Part shown: positions 14,401-35,485 of the stretch, piece by piece
Numbering within the stretch: position 1 is the first letter of the stretch
Layout: each line of letters starts with the position of its first letter
From: Antedon mediterranea
Lineage: Eukaryota > Animalia > Echinodermata
Reading direction: 5' to 3'
Length of the DNA: 64,000 nucleotides
Assembly (NCBI RefSeq): GCF_964355755.1
Contig: NC_092672.1
Location: forward strand, 32,556,437 to 32,620,436
Translations under genes and position numbers: made by a program
The notes under the pieces: generated by a model
The model's input: the letters and a program-made list of their open reading frames with translations, nothing else
What the model was told of the DNA's origin: nothing
The model's database searches: none

Positions 14401-15869
14401 TGTAACCATAACATTTCATAACTTGGTCAACATGTGGGCATTTACGTGAAATTGTGCACCTCCTATTTTGAATGACCTCAGAGTTGCGCAACATGACTTA
14501 CGCGCGTTTTTACGAATTTCGCGTATTTAACATAGATCGAAAACCATATAACAATTTATTATGAAACTTAACAAAGTTTAAGTTATATCTTGCGCTAACT
14601 GACTATGGGGAAAAAATGGCATGTTTCACACGAAGTTACGCGTGCACGCGCGTTTAAAATTTCAAAATGCGAAAAATCAATTTCTAATCAACTTTCTATG
14701 CATTTCATGTCATTTTGAGCATGTAAAAAATTCCCATGCGCGCGCATTTTTTTACGCGCACGGTGCGAACGTAGCGTTGAAAACAATTTTTTTTTTTTCA
14801 GCCTTTTCTAGTAATTTTACCAACTTTTAAACAATTTCGACTTAAAATTACGTCATACCGGCACGTTGAATTGGATAATTTACGTGCGTTTTTGATGAAA
14901 AAGTTAAAAAATTTGTTAAAATTCGTCAAAATTATGCCTTTTTTTAAACAGTCATAGATTCTAAACAACGAGGTGAACTTTTTTTTAATTACATATTCTG
15001 GAAGTTGATGAGTTGCAGATATCGGATCATGAATCAATATGGCTAACCGGACATTGTGACGTCATCGTATGGCCACACGAATGTAAAATATAGGATTTTT
15101 GTCTCTTTCGTTATTGCTCATCATATTCAATGGAGCGCATCACGCCTATCTGTATTCCGTTTTCTTCGAGATTTTAATATTGTCTAGGTCAATCAACTAT
15201 CTTACGCATGAGTTAAAAATATTTTAATTTTTATGACGTCATCATGCCTAAAATTTATAATTAACAGGGTCATTAATTTCATCTTTACAGAAAATTTTAA
15301 TCTGTTATAGCTCGTAAGAACAAAAAGTGATAATTATGATTAAAACGTTTTCTGGAAGCTATTGGACTTTAGATACGAATTAATGTGAAAATTTTGCCAA
15401 TCGGATGTTGTGAAGTCATCATATGGCCAGTTGAATAAAAAAAGTCGTATTTTCATATTTTGCGTCATAGTTCATCACATTTAAACGAGCACGCATCCAT
15501 ATTCTACGTATTCAAATTTCTTCTACACGTTAATATGTTGTTGGTGAGATAATGTCCTTCCGAAATTGCTATCTTAGTGTTTAATTTTAATACCGTCGCC
15601 ATGTTAAAAATTGGAATAAACGGTGGGTCCCGTAATTTCACCTATTCTACACTGTATATAATATGTATACAGATTATACTGTTTGCATGTATATACTATA
15701 TGACACAAAATTGACAGAATTCAGCACTAACAGCATATCATATTCTTCAGTTCTTGTCATAATGCCATAATCTTTATCTGTGTGCAATATTCCAACGTAA
15801 GACGTGCACGTGGCCTTTGTCGTGGTGCGGATAACTAACTCGTCAAAGTGACGAGTTTCATGTCTAGTT
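11455..15869 (+). mobile_element. Three nested non-autonomous Helentron/HINE-like (Helitron-class) elements
   Basis: Three 5' heads with ttatccgc..gcggataa hairpins (11458, 11521, 11601). Three 3' ends gcggataac + hairpin aactcgtca-aag-tgacgagtt + CTAG (ending 13183, 14343, 15867). Bodies are homologous (1.2-1.6 kb). Confidence 0.8.
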
Positions 15870-18623
15870 TATTATTAATAACGTCTTTATATGTTGCGGG
15901 TTAATAATATTAACCCGCAAAATATAAATACGTTAAAATAAAAACGTTATAAACAAAACATTCTATGAACATGTGAAGAGGTAAATTGCATCATTATTTA
16001 ATTATTTTTTTTTAAATACACATTGCTAAAACTTTAATTATAAAGTGATATTAAAAAATAATAAAGGCATATTAAAAAAATAATAAAGGCATATTATTTT
16101 CGCGATAAATAAAATCAATAAACTAGAAATTTCAAATTGCTGTGAAAAAATAATCTGTGGTCATAATAGATGAAACAAAAATTATTAAATTTATTTAATA
16201 AATGTGTTCAAGATACAGTAAAGGGAGCATTGAAACCTTACATTTTCAGTTTTAAAAATTGCATACAGGTAAGCAAATATTTGTACTGTATAATGTGTTT
16301 CTTAAATCTTATTCTTACCGACAAAGTCTATTTCATAAGATAAAGGAATTTTAGCTGCAGTTTTTAAACTTTTAAGGCACTTTATATTCTGCTGTATCTT
16401 GACTTTCAAAAATATTGATAAATTCGGCACTGTACTGTACAGTACACAGGGAATAATTTCACCAGTGTAGCACAAAAAGCTATACAAAACAACCTTCTTG
16501 CTACACTTTTCTACAATTGTGTAGCAAAATATACTATTATTTACTATATAGAAAACTATGTTTCTCGACTCAAAAATCAGTTTTATTAGCAATATTGCTA
16601 AACAAAATTTTAAGATGAAATTCTTCCCTGGTACATTTATGATTTGATCAGTGGTGGACTTATTTTACAATCTCTATGGTTCTAATTTCGTTCATATTTA
16701 TACTGACTTTTAGTAGTTGCGTGTCAACAGCAAAAATAATGTTAAATCAATGATTAATGTACTAACTGAGTCTGTCAAGCAACACTAACTATTAAGCATT
16801 GCAACTACAATAATACTAAATATTGAATTAGCTTGTTTTAATAATAACTACTGTACTGTACATACTAATTATAGCTTCCATTAAAGAGTGGAATAATAAT
16901 AATAATTTTAATTTAGCATGCCATTTTAAAGTACTGTATGGTTTCAAACTTCATGGTAGTTTTTTTTTAGTTACTAACACGTATTGCACTGTATGTTTAT
17001 CACAAAATATTTTTTTTCTCAAAAAAACATAAAAAAAGAGGTGGTTTAATGGTCAGATGACTTCCTCAACATTTTCTTTTTTTAGATGAGTAGGAGATTA
17101 TAATAAGTATAGTATATGACGGTGTACTAGATCATACAGCACTGTCGTAGATAGACGGGAGAGCACTATCAAATAGTTGGCAGGCTCACTGATATGACAT
17201 GACCCAGAGGGAAGAAGCATGTAGTTTAAACAGCGCTATAAGCTCATTGGGATGGAGTATAAAAATAGAAACATTGCATTATAAATACTGTATTAAATGT
17301 TGTACACTGTACAACTGTGTTATTACTAAAAATCATTGTACAACTACAAGTACAAACTACAAGTTATATTTTGTAAGCTATTGCATGCACTATTGAATAT
17401 AAAGGTGATTGAACTATTGAATTATACTAAAATATAAATCACTAAAGAACAAATTAAATAATATTGTTCATGTTGAATCGAGCAATCAGGTTAATGAGTG
17501 TTAATTGTAAACTTTGCCTTGGCAAAACAATCTAGTTTGTTGAAATGGTAATCCCCTCAAAACCACAATAAATAAAAGGGCAAATAATGACAATTAATTT
17601 TACAATGATAGCAAACATCACATGACATTGACTAAGAAAAATGTTCCTGATATTAATTATTATGTATTGTGCAGTGTGCTTACCTGATTCATACTGTATC
17701 TCCACAGATAATTTGTATTATGGCAAAGTCTGTAATACAGTGTCATATATGTGGCACCTGTATTATGTTAAGTTCAGGGTTAGGCGTATGGTCTATGATA
17801 CTGTACAGTTGCCACATATAATACGTATAATTTTGTAAATATCATGGCAAAATCTATAATATGGTGTCACATACAGTTAGTGGCACATGTATTATACGAG
17901 TTAGGCTTATGGTCTATGATTGATGCAGTTGCCCCATATGACACAAAATTTGCCTACACTGTATATGATGATACTTCCTGAAAAATGTTATTCCAAAACA
18001 GAATTGGTTAACCCAATAATAATATTGACAAACTTAAATGTTGAGGTCTATGGTGTAATACCAACAAGTTTAATTAGTCGTCAGACTGTCGCACTGTCAA
18101 TTACGTATCAAACCGACGCCCTTTTGGTTTGCTCATTCATGCGCGAATTATAAATCTCAGTGTTTTAATCTTTTGTGTTTTACCAACTACAATATTGTTT
18201 ATTAATTAAATGACATTGTGAATTATTTGAATATAGTTTGTGGTATATACTGTAATATTATAAAGGAAAACAATAGGGATTGACATTTTACCATGTTGTC
18301 TAATGTAAAGAGTTCATTTATTTTTAACTGTCAAAAAATGATTTATTCAACAATTTATTCTAAACAGTAGATGGAAGAGGACACTTTATATAGCGTCCCA
18401 AAGGTGTCCCTCTAATATAGGTTCTATTGTGTTTAACAATATGATCAACCACTATGATGAGGACACTTTGTTTGGTCCCAAAGCTGTCCCCCTTATATGG
18501 GGTTTTGTGCAATTCCCTTTTTTGTATAATCAGTCATGCCTGTCTGTGCCTGCCACCCTATGAAAACATACAATAGAACATAGAATAATCACTAGAATTT
18601 AGAAAATAGTAAACAATTGTTAC

Positions 18624-18827
18624 CTCATTCTGCATGGGGTCAACAGGACTCCTGTCAAAATCAAAATAAAGTTGACCATTTTCATCAATATCCTCAAAAT
18701 CTCCATTTATTTCCGGCGATCCATTTATCCCATTCCGGTGGCAATTTTCCATATCTTCTTTATTTTTTTTCCATACATTTTCCGATATTTCATAAATGCA
18801 ATCTCCTCCATCTATTCCATCTGCCAT
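18624..18827 (-). CDS. Probable first coding exon of an unidentified gene (MADGIDGGDCIYEISENVWKK...FDFDRSPVDPMQNE), continuing toward or beyond the window start
   Basis: aacATGG Kozak context at 18827; 68 open codons with natural acidic composition; phase-0 donor GAG|gtaac at 18623; upstream acceptor ttttatctttatatttcag at 18902. Family not recognised. Confidence 0.55.
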
Positions 18828-19930
18828 GTTAGTCAAATTCAATTTTGTTTTTTAACAGTACGTTTAATTTTGAACCATTATATTGTAAATAACAGGTAAT
18901 TCTGAAATATAAAGATAAAATTAAAAGAAATATTTGCAAGTAGTCTTTCAGTTTCATATTATAATTCACAATTTCAGATCGAGGACCCTTGCTTACTGTG
19001 CAGTACTCTACAACCTGGTTATGCAATTATTAGCAAGTGTTTTGGGGGATAAAGCATAGCCACCAGTATTGTTAATGTGTTTTTAAATCTGACCACTTTT
19101 TTCACAGAGGCCCTTTGACAGCCAGTGGCCTGAACGGAGATGGTTCTCTTTTCTTGTGAAAACCAGACTATTATGGCTATTTCAGTGTATCTTATCACAC
19201 ACTGTTTTTTTAAGTAAGTAATTGACTTATAAACCTCTACATTGAAACAAACTATCATATTATTGCAGTAACAATTGTAGTTTTAGAATACTGCAGTAAC
19301 TGCAGTGAATCATCATAAACTTCTACATTGCAACACACTAAAATCATACATATTGCTTGCAGTTACAGTTTGTACTGCAGTTACAGTTTGTACTGCAGTA
19401 ACTGCAATGGAATAATTCTAAAATGATCCCCAACCAGGACAAATGTTAATTTTTCTATAAATTACAGAATTTCATCACCAATTTCTAATAGTAATTTCAA
19501 ATTGCTGATTTGAAGTGTTTAAATTGACAGGCCGTTCAGCAACGTTAAACCTTGTCTCACTAACGACATCCTTAATCTCATTTAAGCTTGTACAAATAAT
19601 ATTGCCTAATAATACGAACAGAAGCCGACGGAAAACTGCCGCATGAACGAGCCAAATAAGCTATGATTATGTTGATGTTCCTGTGGATTAATACTGCAGT
19701 TTAAATTTAGTACGATAATCAGAAAAAATTAGCTTGGATTATCTGCCTCAGAGTTTAAGAATGAAAGACAAGCAATACTGTAGGGTGGGTGTACAAAATC
19801 ATTCTATAACAATTAACATTGGGGAGTGCACATATGAGAACGTAGTTGGTGGATTAGTCTATTTTTGTAAAGGGATGTTTATCATTTGTTTCATAGATCA
19901 TTTATCTAGGTAAACTACTGTCTACAGGCA

Positions 19931-22497
19931 CAAAATAGATCATTTAATCACCTAGTTTAAATTTTATACATACAAATAACAAATTTTCGTATTTCCCCGA
20001 ATAAAATTATTTGTACCATTTCATGAAATATAAAACATTCATTATTTGTTTTTCAAAATGAATGCACACAACGAAAATTGCAGTACTCGATTTACATACT
20101 GACAAGGCACACTCGAGTGTGCTACTATTTATTTTTATATCATGTGATCCTTAATCGTCCAATCGACAAGAATCTAAATGTTATAATAGGAACCTCTTAA
20201 CTACCATGACTAAATAAAAAAGCCTGTTGACATACAGTAATATACAGAACACTTGAAATCTTGTCACATATCCTTATTCAAATATTGTATTAGAACAATC
20301 TTATACTTCAACTCGCCCTCGCCACGTTGAAATATAACCTTTTATTTATCATTCACCTCATGCCATTATTTGTACCATTATACTCAGAAACATTCATTAT
20401 TTGTACCATTATACTCAGAAACATTCATTATTTGTACTATTATACTCAGAAACATTCATTATTTGTATCATTATACTCAGAAACATTCATTATTTGTATC
20501 ATCATTGAATGGAAATTGTTGAATTGACATTTTCATGCAGGGAGTTTGGTTGGTTTCTGTTGAGATTAAAAGTTATTTTTATAATTGTCCATTTTTAAAC
20601 GACTTCTTCAAAACTAAACCTCCATCAACAATCCTTTTTGTTGCTAAATAAAAATGTATTATTTAAAATACAATGAACTAAATATCCAAAATCATCATTT
20701 GAATCATGAAGTATTTATTTTTTTAAATCTATTCCTCTCTTGGTTTCACAAATTACTAACATAACAATGTAAATATTGACTTTAAAGCTCTGTCTATACT
20801 ATCACAAAAAGTGTTTTTTGTCACATAAGGTTTGAGGGTGTAAACATAGCTTTAGCTTGCAAAATAGATCATTTAATCACCTAGTTTAAATTTTATAAAT
20901 ACAAATAACAAATTTTCGTATTTCCCCGAATAAAATTATTTGTACCATTTCATGAAATATAAAACATTCATTATTTGTTTTTCAAAATGAATGCACACAA
21001 CGAAAATTGCAGTACTCGATTTACATACTGACAAGGCACACTCGAGTGTGCTACTATTTATTTTTATATCATGTGATCCTTAATCGTCCAATCGACAAGA
21101 ATCTAAATGTTATAATAGGAACCTCTTAACTACCATGACTAAATAAAAAAGCCTGTTGACATACAGTAATATACAGAACACTTGAAATCTTGTCACATAT
21201 CCTTATTCAAATATTGTATTAGAACAATCTTATACTTCAACTCGCCCTCTCCACGTTGAAATATAACCTTTTATCATTCACCTCATGCCATTATTTGTAC
21301 CATTATACTCAGAAACATTCATTATTTGTACCATTATACTCAGAAACATTCATTATTTGTACCATTATACTCAGAAACATTCATTATTTGTACCATTATA
21401 CTCAGAAATATTCATTATTTGTACCATTATACTCAGAAACATTCATTATTTGTACCATTATACTCAGAAACATTCATTATTTGTACCATTATACTCAGAA
21501 ATATTCATTATTTGTACCATTATACTCAGAAATATTCATTATTTGTACCATTATACTCAGAAACATTCATTATTTGTACCATTATACTCAGAAATATTCA
21601 TTATTTGTACCATTATACTCAGAAACATTCATTATTTGTACCATTATACTCAGAAACATTCATTATTTGTATCATTATACTCAGAAACATTCATTATTTG
21701 TACCATTATACTCAGAAACATTCATTATTTGTACCATTATACTCAGAAACATTCATTATTTGTATCATTATACTCAGAAACATTCATTATTTGTATCATT
21801 ATACTCAGAAACATTCATTATTTGTATCATTATACTCAGAAACATTCATTATTTGTACCATTATACTCAGAAACATTCATTATTTGTACCATTATACTCA
21901 GAAACATTCATTATTTGTACCATTATACTCAGAAACATTCATTATTTGTACCATTACACTCAGAAACATTCATTATTTGTACCATTATACTCAGAAACAT
22001 TCATTATTTGTATCATTATACTCAGAAACATTCATTATTTGTACCATTATACTCAGAAACATTCATTATTTGTACTATTATACTCAGAAACATTCATTAT
22101 TTGTATCATTATACTCAGAAACATTCATTATTTGTATCATCATTGAATGGAAATTGTTGAATTGACATTTTCATGCAGGGAGTTTGGTTGGTTTCTGTTG
22201 AGATTAAAAGTTATTTTTATAATTGTCCATTTTTAAACGACTTCTTCAAAACTAAACCTCCATCAACAATCCTTTTTGTTGCTAAATAAAAATGTATTAT
22301 TTAAAATACAATGAACTAAATATCCAAAATCATCATTTGAATCATGAAGTATTTATTTTTTAAAATCTATTCCTCTCTTGGTTTCACAAATTACTAACAT
22401 AACAATGTAAATATTGACTTTAAAGCTCTGTCTATACTATCACAAAAAGTGTTTTTTGTCACATAAGGTTTGAGGGTGTAAACATAGCTTTAGCTTG
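19931..22497. repeat. Tandem segmental duplication (19931-20859 / 20860-22497), near-identical apart from satellite copy number
   Basis: Both copies start caaaatagatcatttaatcacc and end ...aacatagctttagcttg. Confidence 0.9.
21289..22140. repeat. 31-bp minisatellite (cattatactcagaaacattcattatttgtac), ~27 units; 4 units in the first copy at 20365-20500
   Basis: Directly visible; explains the three overlapping repetitive ORFs at 21256-22165. Confidence 0.95.
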
Positions 22498-23828
22498 CAA
22501 TATGTTATCAATAATTCACATGTACTGAAAGTAATAAACTGAATATCTTCTTTTTAAGAAAAATAAATGTATTAACTCTAAAATGTATATAGGAATTTTT
22601 TTTTTATTTTATATCTTTTATGTTGTGTTTATTGTTTTATGTTTTTTATGTAAAAGGGTCCTGGGAAAACAGAAGTGTAAACTTTTCTCTGCAGGATCCT
22701 TGCCATCATTTATGCTATGAAACTGTATTTATAAAGGATGAGTAAATAAATGTGAATTGAATAAATTGTAAAACAAAGATACGCAATATATTAGAGAAAG
22801 ACAACCTTTAATCATCAAAGCACCTCTAAAGCCTTGTATACACTATCAAACTTTATGTGACAAAAAAAAAATTGATGTGCCCATTATATATCACTACCAT
22901 ATTTGGGCATACCACCACCATATTTGGGCACATCACACTTTTTTTGTCAAACTAGTTTGATAATGTAGACAGAGCTTAAGGCGTTGGCAATCCAATTACA
23001 GGAATCAGCCTGAAGTTGCATTTGAATTACAAAGGCAGTTTCCGTTCTTGTTAATAAATTAATCATTTGTGTGAATAATTCATTAATGAATGTTTTAGCA
23101 TTCTAAATTTGATTTCATCTAACCAAAAAGATTGCAATTTAGTATTCACTTTGCTTTGTAGATTTAATCACAAAATAGTAACACTTTTGTGACCAGGTAT
23201 AATCCCATGGGCTTGATGAATTAACAACAGGGCTTAAAATTGACCCAGCAAACTAGCAATTTAGTAGATTTGTCTTAAAAAATACACCTTACTTTTTAGT
23301 CTACAATTTCTGTTTTTTTTTTAAATAAATTTCCACAATATGCTACAATGATACTGGAGTTGGGTTTACAGTTCAAAGTTTTGCTATTAAATAAAAAAGT
23401 AAATTAACAATGGATTTTATCAAATTCTTGTGTCCGTGTTTAGCCTAATAAATAACGGAATGGGTTATCTTGGGTGAGCCGCAAAAGCATAGCTAATATT
23501 GAACAATGTAATCGTGACCGATTCCAAACGAGAATGATTTCGGACAATCGATATAATAATACACATCATAGATTAGTATAGTAGTAGCCAATGACAATAC
23601 GTAGCTGGTAGCCTACCACACATACAATTAGGAGCAGTACTAGGACCAGGTACAGTAGGCCTATCCCGGCGTTATAACGCCCTAATGACGGCGTTCTAGA
23701 GGCCCTATATTTATATTATATAAAAAATAATTATGATTTTATACAAAAAATAGCAAACAAATATCATTAATTAGACATTAATGTTAAGTGTTATGTATTG
23801 AAATTGCTACCACGTCCACAATACTCAC

Positions 23829-24200
23829 AGCATGCACGTTTAATTGATATCCTAGGCCCTACCTACCAGGGTTCCACGACCACCAGCAGGTGTGATCGAT
23901 TGAGGGGATGAGTTTGGTGTAGTGGTGGTGATGGTGTGGTTGGCCGACAACACCTGCCTGATGATGTCGATTCGATGATATATTGTATCTTCACGTCCAG
24001 TCTATCCAGATTAATGTGATCATGAAATATCTAAATCAATACATTTGGCTCAATTGATTATACTTGTATCTAGAAAAAGAAAAATTTTGCTTAATATTTA
24101 ACTTACATTCTTTCAGGCTAGAAAAATTCCTATTTTACAACCCATCAAATCAAGTCACACAATCACAACTGGGAGAGACATCAGACGATCACATTTTTCC
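23829..24200 (-). other. Candidate non-coding 5' exon of the unidentified - strand gene
   Basis: GC/CpG-richer island ending in a strong donor (ct|gtgagt; alternative ctg|gtaggt), followed by taggcctag-rich sequence like that near the 5' ends of the other genes here. All frames are closed. The 5' boundary is uncertain. Confidence 0.3.
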
Positions 24201-24664
24201 ATTGTATATAAATAGCGCCACCAATAGATCTGAAGAAGTTCTTTAAAAAACACTTCAGAAACATTGAGATAATAATGTATTATTTGGACAAATAATTGGG
24301 ATAGAATCTACTGGGCATTACATTTGAGGGTCCAATAATACATTGAACTATTACTATACGCTACATTTTCATTTAAAATGTATATTTTCTCCTTCACACA
24401 AATATTTTAATTGTTTAGCCACGACTCTTTATAATTAAGAAACTAAAAAACCAATGACATTCAAAAAAAAAAAATTAATGTTTTTATTATTGGTTAGACC
24501 TCAAGAAATAAATATTATTATTTTGTTTAATGTTTGTCATAATTAGAATATTGTATTTACGGATTGAAAGTCTTGACAAGGCTAATTCAATATGTCATGC
24601 ACATCCAAAACACCATCTCAGCATAAAAAGCTACAGAGGGCGGTATATAAATGACTGCGATCGC

Positions 24665-25010
24665 CACACGTACGCGTTCAAACCCTGATAAAAATTGACA
24701 AGCTTGTAATAGTTCGCACGCGTTCAAACCCTGATAAAAATTTACAAGCTTGTAATTTAGTACGCACGCGTTCAAACCCTGATAAAAATTGACAAGCTTG
24801 TAATAGTTCGCAAGCGTTCAAACCCTGATAAAAATCTACACGCTTGTAATTTAGTACGCACGCGTTCAAACCCTGATAAAAATTTACAAGCTTGTAATTT
24901 AGTACGCACGCATTCTAACCCTGATAAAAATTGACGAGCTTGTAATAGTAGCCTACGCACGCGTTCAAACACTGCCGGATAAAAAATGAGAAGCTTGTTA
25001 GTACACGCGC
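24665..25010. repeat. Minisatellite, 48/50-bp unit (acgcgttcaaaccctgataaaaattgacaagcttgtaat..), ~7 copies
   Basis: Directly visible tandem array. Confidence 0.9.
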
Positions 25011-25454
25011 GTCAACTTTGTGTCTCTTGTACGCGCTGGATTCAAATTTATATTTACTGTTCCTCTTATCAAAGAACTTCTAAACAAAATAAGACAATGA
25101 TTATGAAAGGGTAGTTTTATGTCCGGTTTATGCGTGACGAATTATTACTTCTGATGTATTTTTGGTTGTTTGTGAATATTTGTTGAATTATATTTGTTGT
25201 GTAAAAACCATGACCTTCATGCATCAAAGAAAAGATTGTATCATATTCATAGTGACATCATTGTTGCAATCACAAACGGTATAGAGCTTTTGTCAAATAT
25301 TGATAGTAGGCCCTAATGATGAAAATATCATACAACGAATTTTATCATCTATGAAGGTTTAAAAAAAATAAGAATAAATGATACGTATGCTTGTATTTGT
25401 GTATTTGGGCCTAGTTTTTATTTATTTGATACACTATTTTACTTTTAAATACTA

Positions 25455-25822
<368 letters not shown>

Positions 25823-27561
25823 AATTGTAGGCCTATTCGTCATAAAATAAGTAAATTACATTATGAAAATTGTCTTCCTTGGCAAGAATATAAATAGTAG
25901 AACCATTTTGAAATGTATTTTAAACTTCTATATTGATTTTTATGTAGTTAAGTTCTTCTGGGGCCCCAGACATTTCATGTTATGGTGACTGATGCTTTGG
26001 GGGTCCCAGAACATGATATCAAATACGATAAAACTTCATATCCGTTCGCTAGTTTTATTTTAAACTGATTGTATGTATGGGCCTTCTACTAATATTGAAA
26101 ATAATAACAAAAATGTATATATGTGGCGCCAATTAAAAAATGTATCAAGTCTGGTGTGAGAAAAGCAAGGTAAAAAATTCTGAAAAGGGTTTGTGTTTTT
26201 TACTTTGATGGAAAGTAGATTTGGTGAATTACGAACAGAAAATAGTAGAGTGAGCTCTAAATAAGACTCATGAGTTTGAGGCACGCTGATAATAATACAG
26301 TATAATGAATGTTGTCATACTCGTGATTTGTTAAGCTCTGTCTACACTATCAAACTTTATGTGACAAAAAATGTGATGTGGTGCCATGCATGATGATGTC
26401 ATATCACCCAATGTTTGGGCACATCATTTTTTTTTTGTCACATGAAGTTTTAGCGTTTTTCGACCTGTCATAATATTTCAAGATCTTCACAGATTCATGA
26501 ATTCGGAATTAATAAAACAAAAAAAATCAAAAGCAATATTGTATGTTATGATAGACAATTTGTTTTTCGATCCAATTTTAAAAATGACTAACGTACTAAT
26601 ACTATTATGCGACAATAAAAAGGCGTATTAAAATAAGATGTTTTTATTTTAGGGACAATAGGCCTATATCTTTCAAAAAGCTTATCATCTGATTAGATCA
26701 TCAGATTAAACTTTAAAAATAACAAAATTACTATGGCAGTCTTTTGTGGCATCATTATTCGATTTGTAGAGTGAGGCTAGATCTGGGGTAGGTTTGTAAA
26801 TATCAGGGTACGGTGGTTTTCATTACATTTTTATTATTGTTGTTGTAAATTGTAAAGTTAGCATTTTAATGTGGTTTTAGTCAATTTTGATGTAGAACGC
26901 ACCTTCATATGGAAGTGTGCCACTGCTACAAAAGTGCCCTATGTTCAAATAAATCATACTTATTATCCATCATCCAGTTTTACATAATGGCATTGATTTA
27001 CAAATGAATGTGTCTATTTTAGAAACCCGGTAACTGGAATGAATTAAACATGATACAATCATTGAAGCTCTATTGTTATTAATTTCACAGAATTTCTGAG
27101 CATTAGGCCGATAAACATTCGACTTAATTTACAATAATAATAATACTTAATAGCCTGGTATAGTATCTTGAATGACAAAAGAGGATTTAAATTAGCCGGC
27201 GACTGTGGGCATATTACATTGAAATTACTGTACAATAAATTCATATACTTGTAAATGATTATAACACCACTGACTAAACATTTCCACACCGGCATATTTA
27301 ATATTCATTATTTAAATTTAATTTCTGCAATTTTATATTGTACCGCGTTTTGCTCGAGTGGGCAGGATCGAAAAGAAGTACGAAAGCTCAATCCATATTT
27401 GGGCATACGAATGAAAGCTCCCCGGATGTTCACGAACTTTAACCTCTCGATGATCCGAAAGTCGGCGATTCTTGGGCGTGAAGAAACTGGCCTAGAGAAG
27501 TGATATAAATCGGTCCAATTACTTATTTTCACATACATTGGATACTTTATATTAAGACAAA

Positions 27562-35274
<7,713 letters not shown>

Positions 35275-35292
35275 ACAACATATAGAAAATAG

Positions 35293-35485
35293 GTACTAAT
35301 AAAATAAAACACCCCTACTTTTGTAATGGTTTATTCTGTATCAAAATAAGCAAATGGGGCAGAAAGTACATTGGATACTAATTAAAACCCCTTCTTTTAT
35401 AATGGTTTATTCTGTATCAAAATACTAATCAAATGGGGAGGATAATTTGTACTAATTAAAACACCCCTACTTTTATATTGGTTTA
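35293..35485 (+). repeat. ~80-bp tandem repeat x2.5 in the CAPZB 3' UTR
   Basis: tactaat..aaaacacccctactttt..aatggtttattctgtatcaaaata..caaatgggg is repeated. Confidence 0.7.

Noticed and set aside
11455-15869. Simple head-to-tail tandem triplication
   Set aside because: All three 5' heads are clustered at the start and the tails close in mirror order, which indicates nesting.
21256-22165. Three overlapping 279-296 aa ORFs; the array also superficially resembles a CRISPR array
   Set aside because: Product of a 31-bp satellite lacking stops on the + strand. The units are contiguous with no unique spacers, there are no cas genes, and the context is eukaryotic.
24587-24972. Three short repetitive ORFs
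   Set aside because: Translations of the 48/50-bp minisatellite.
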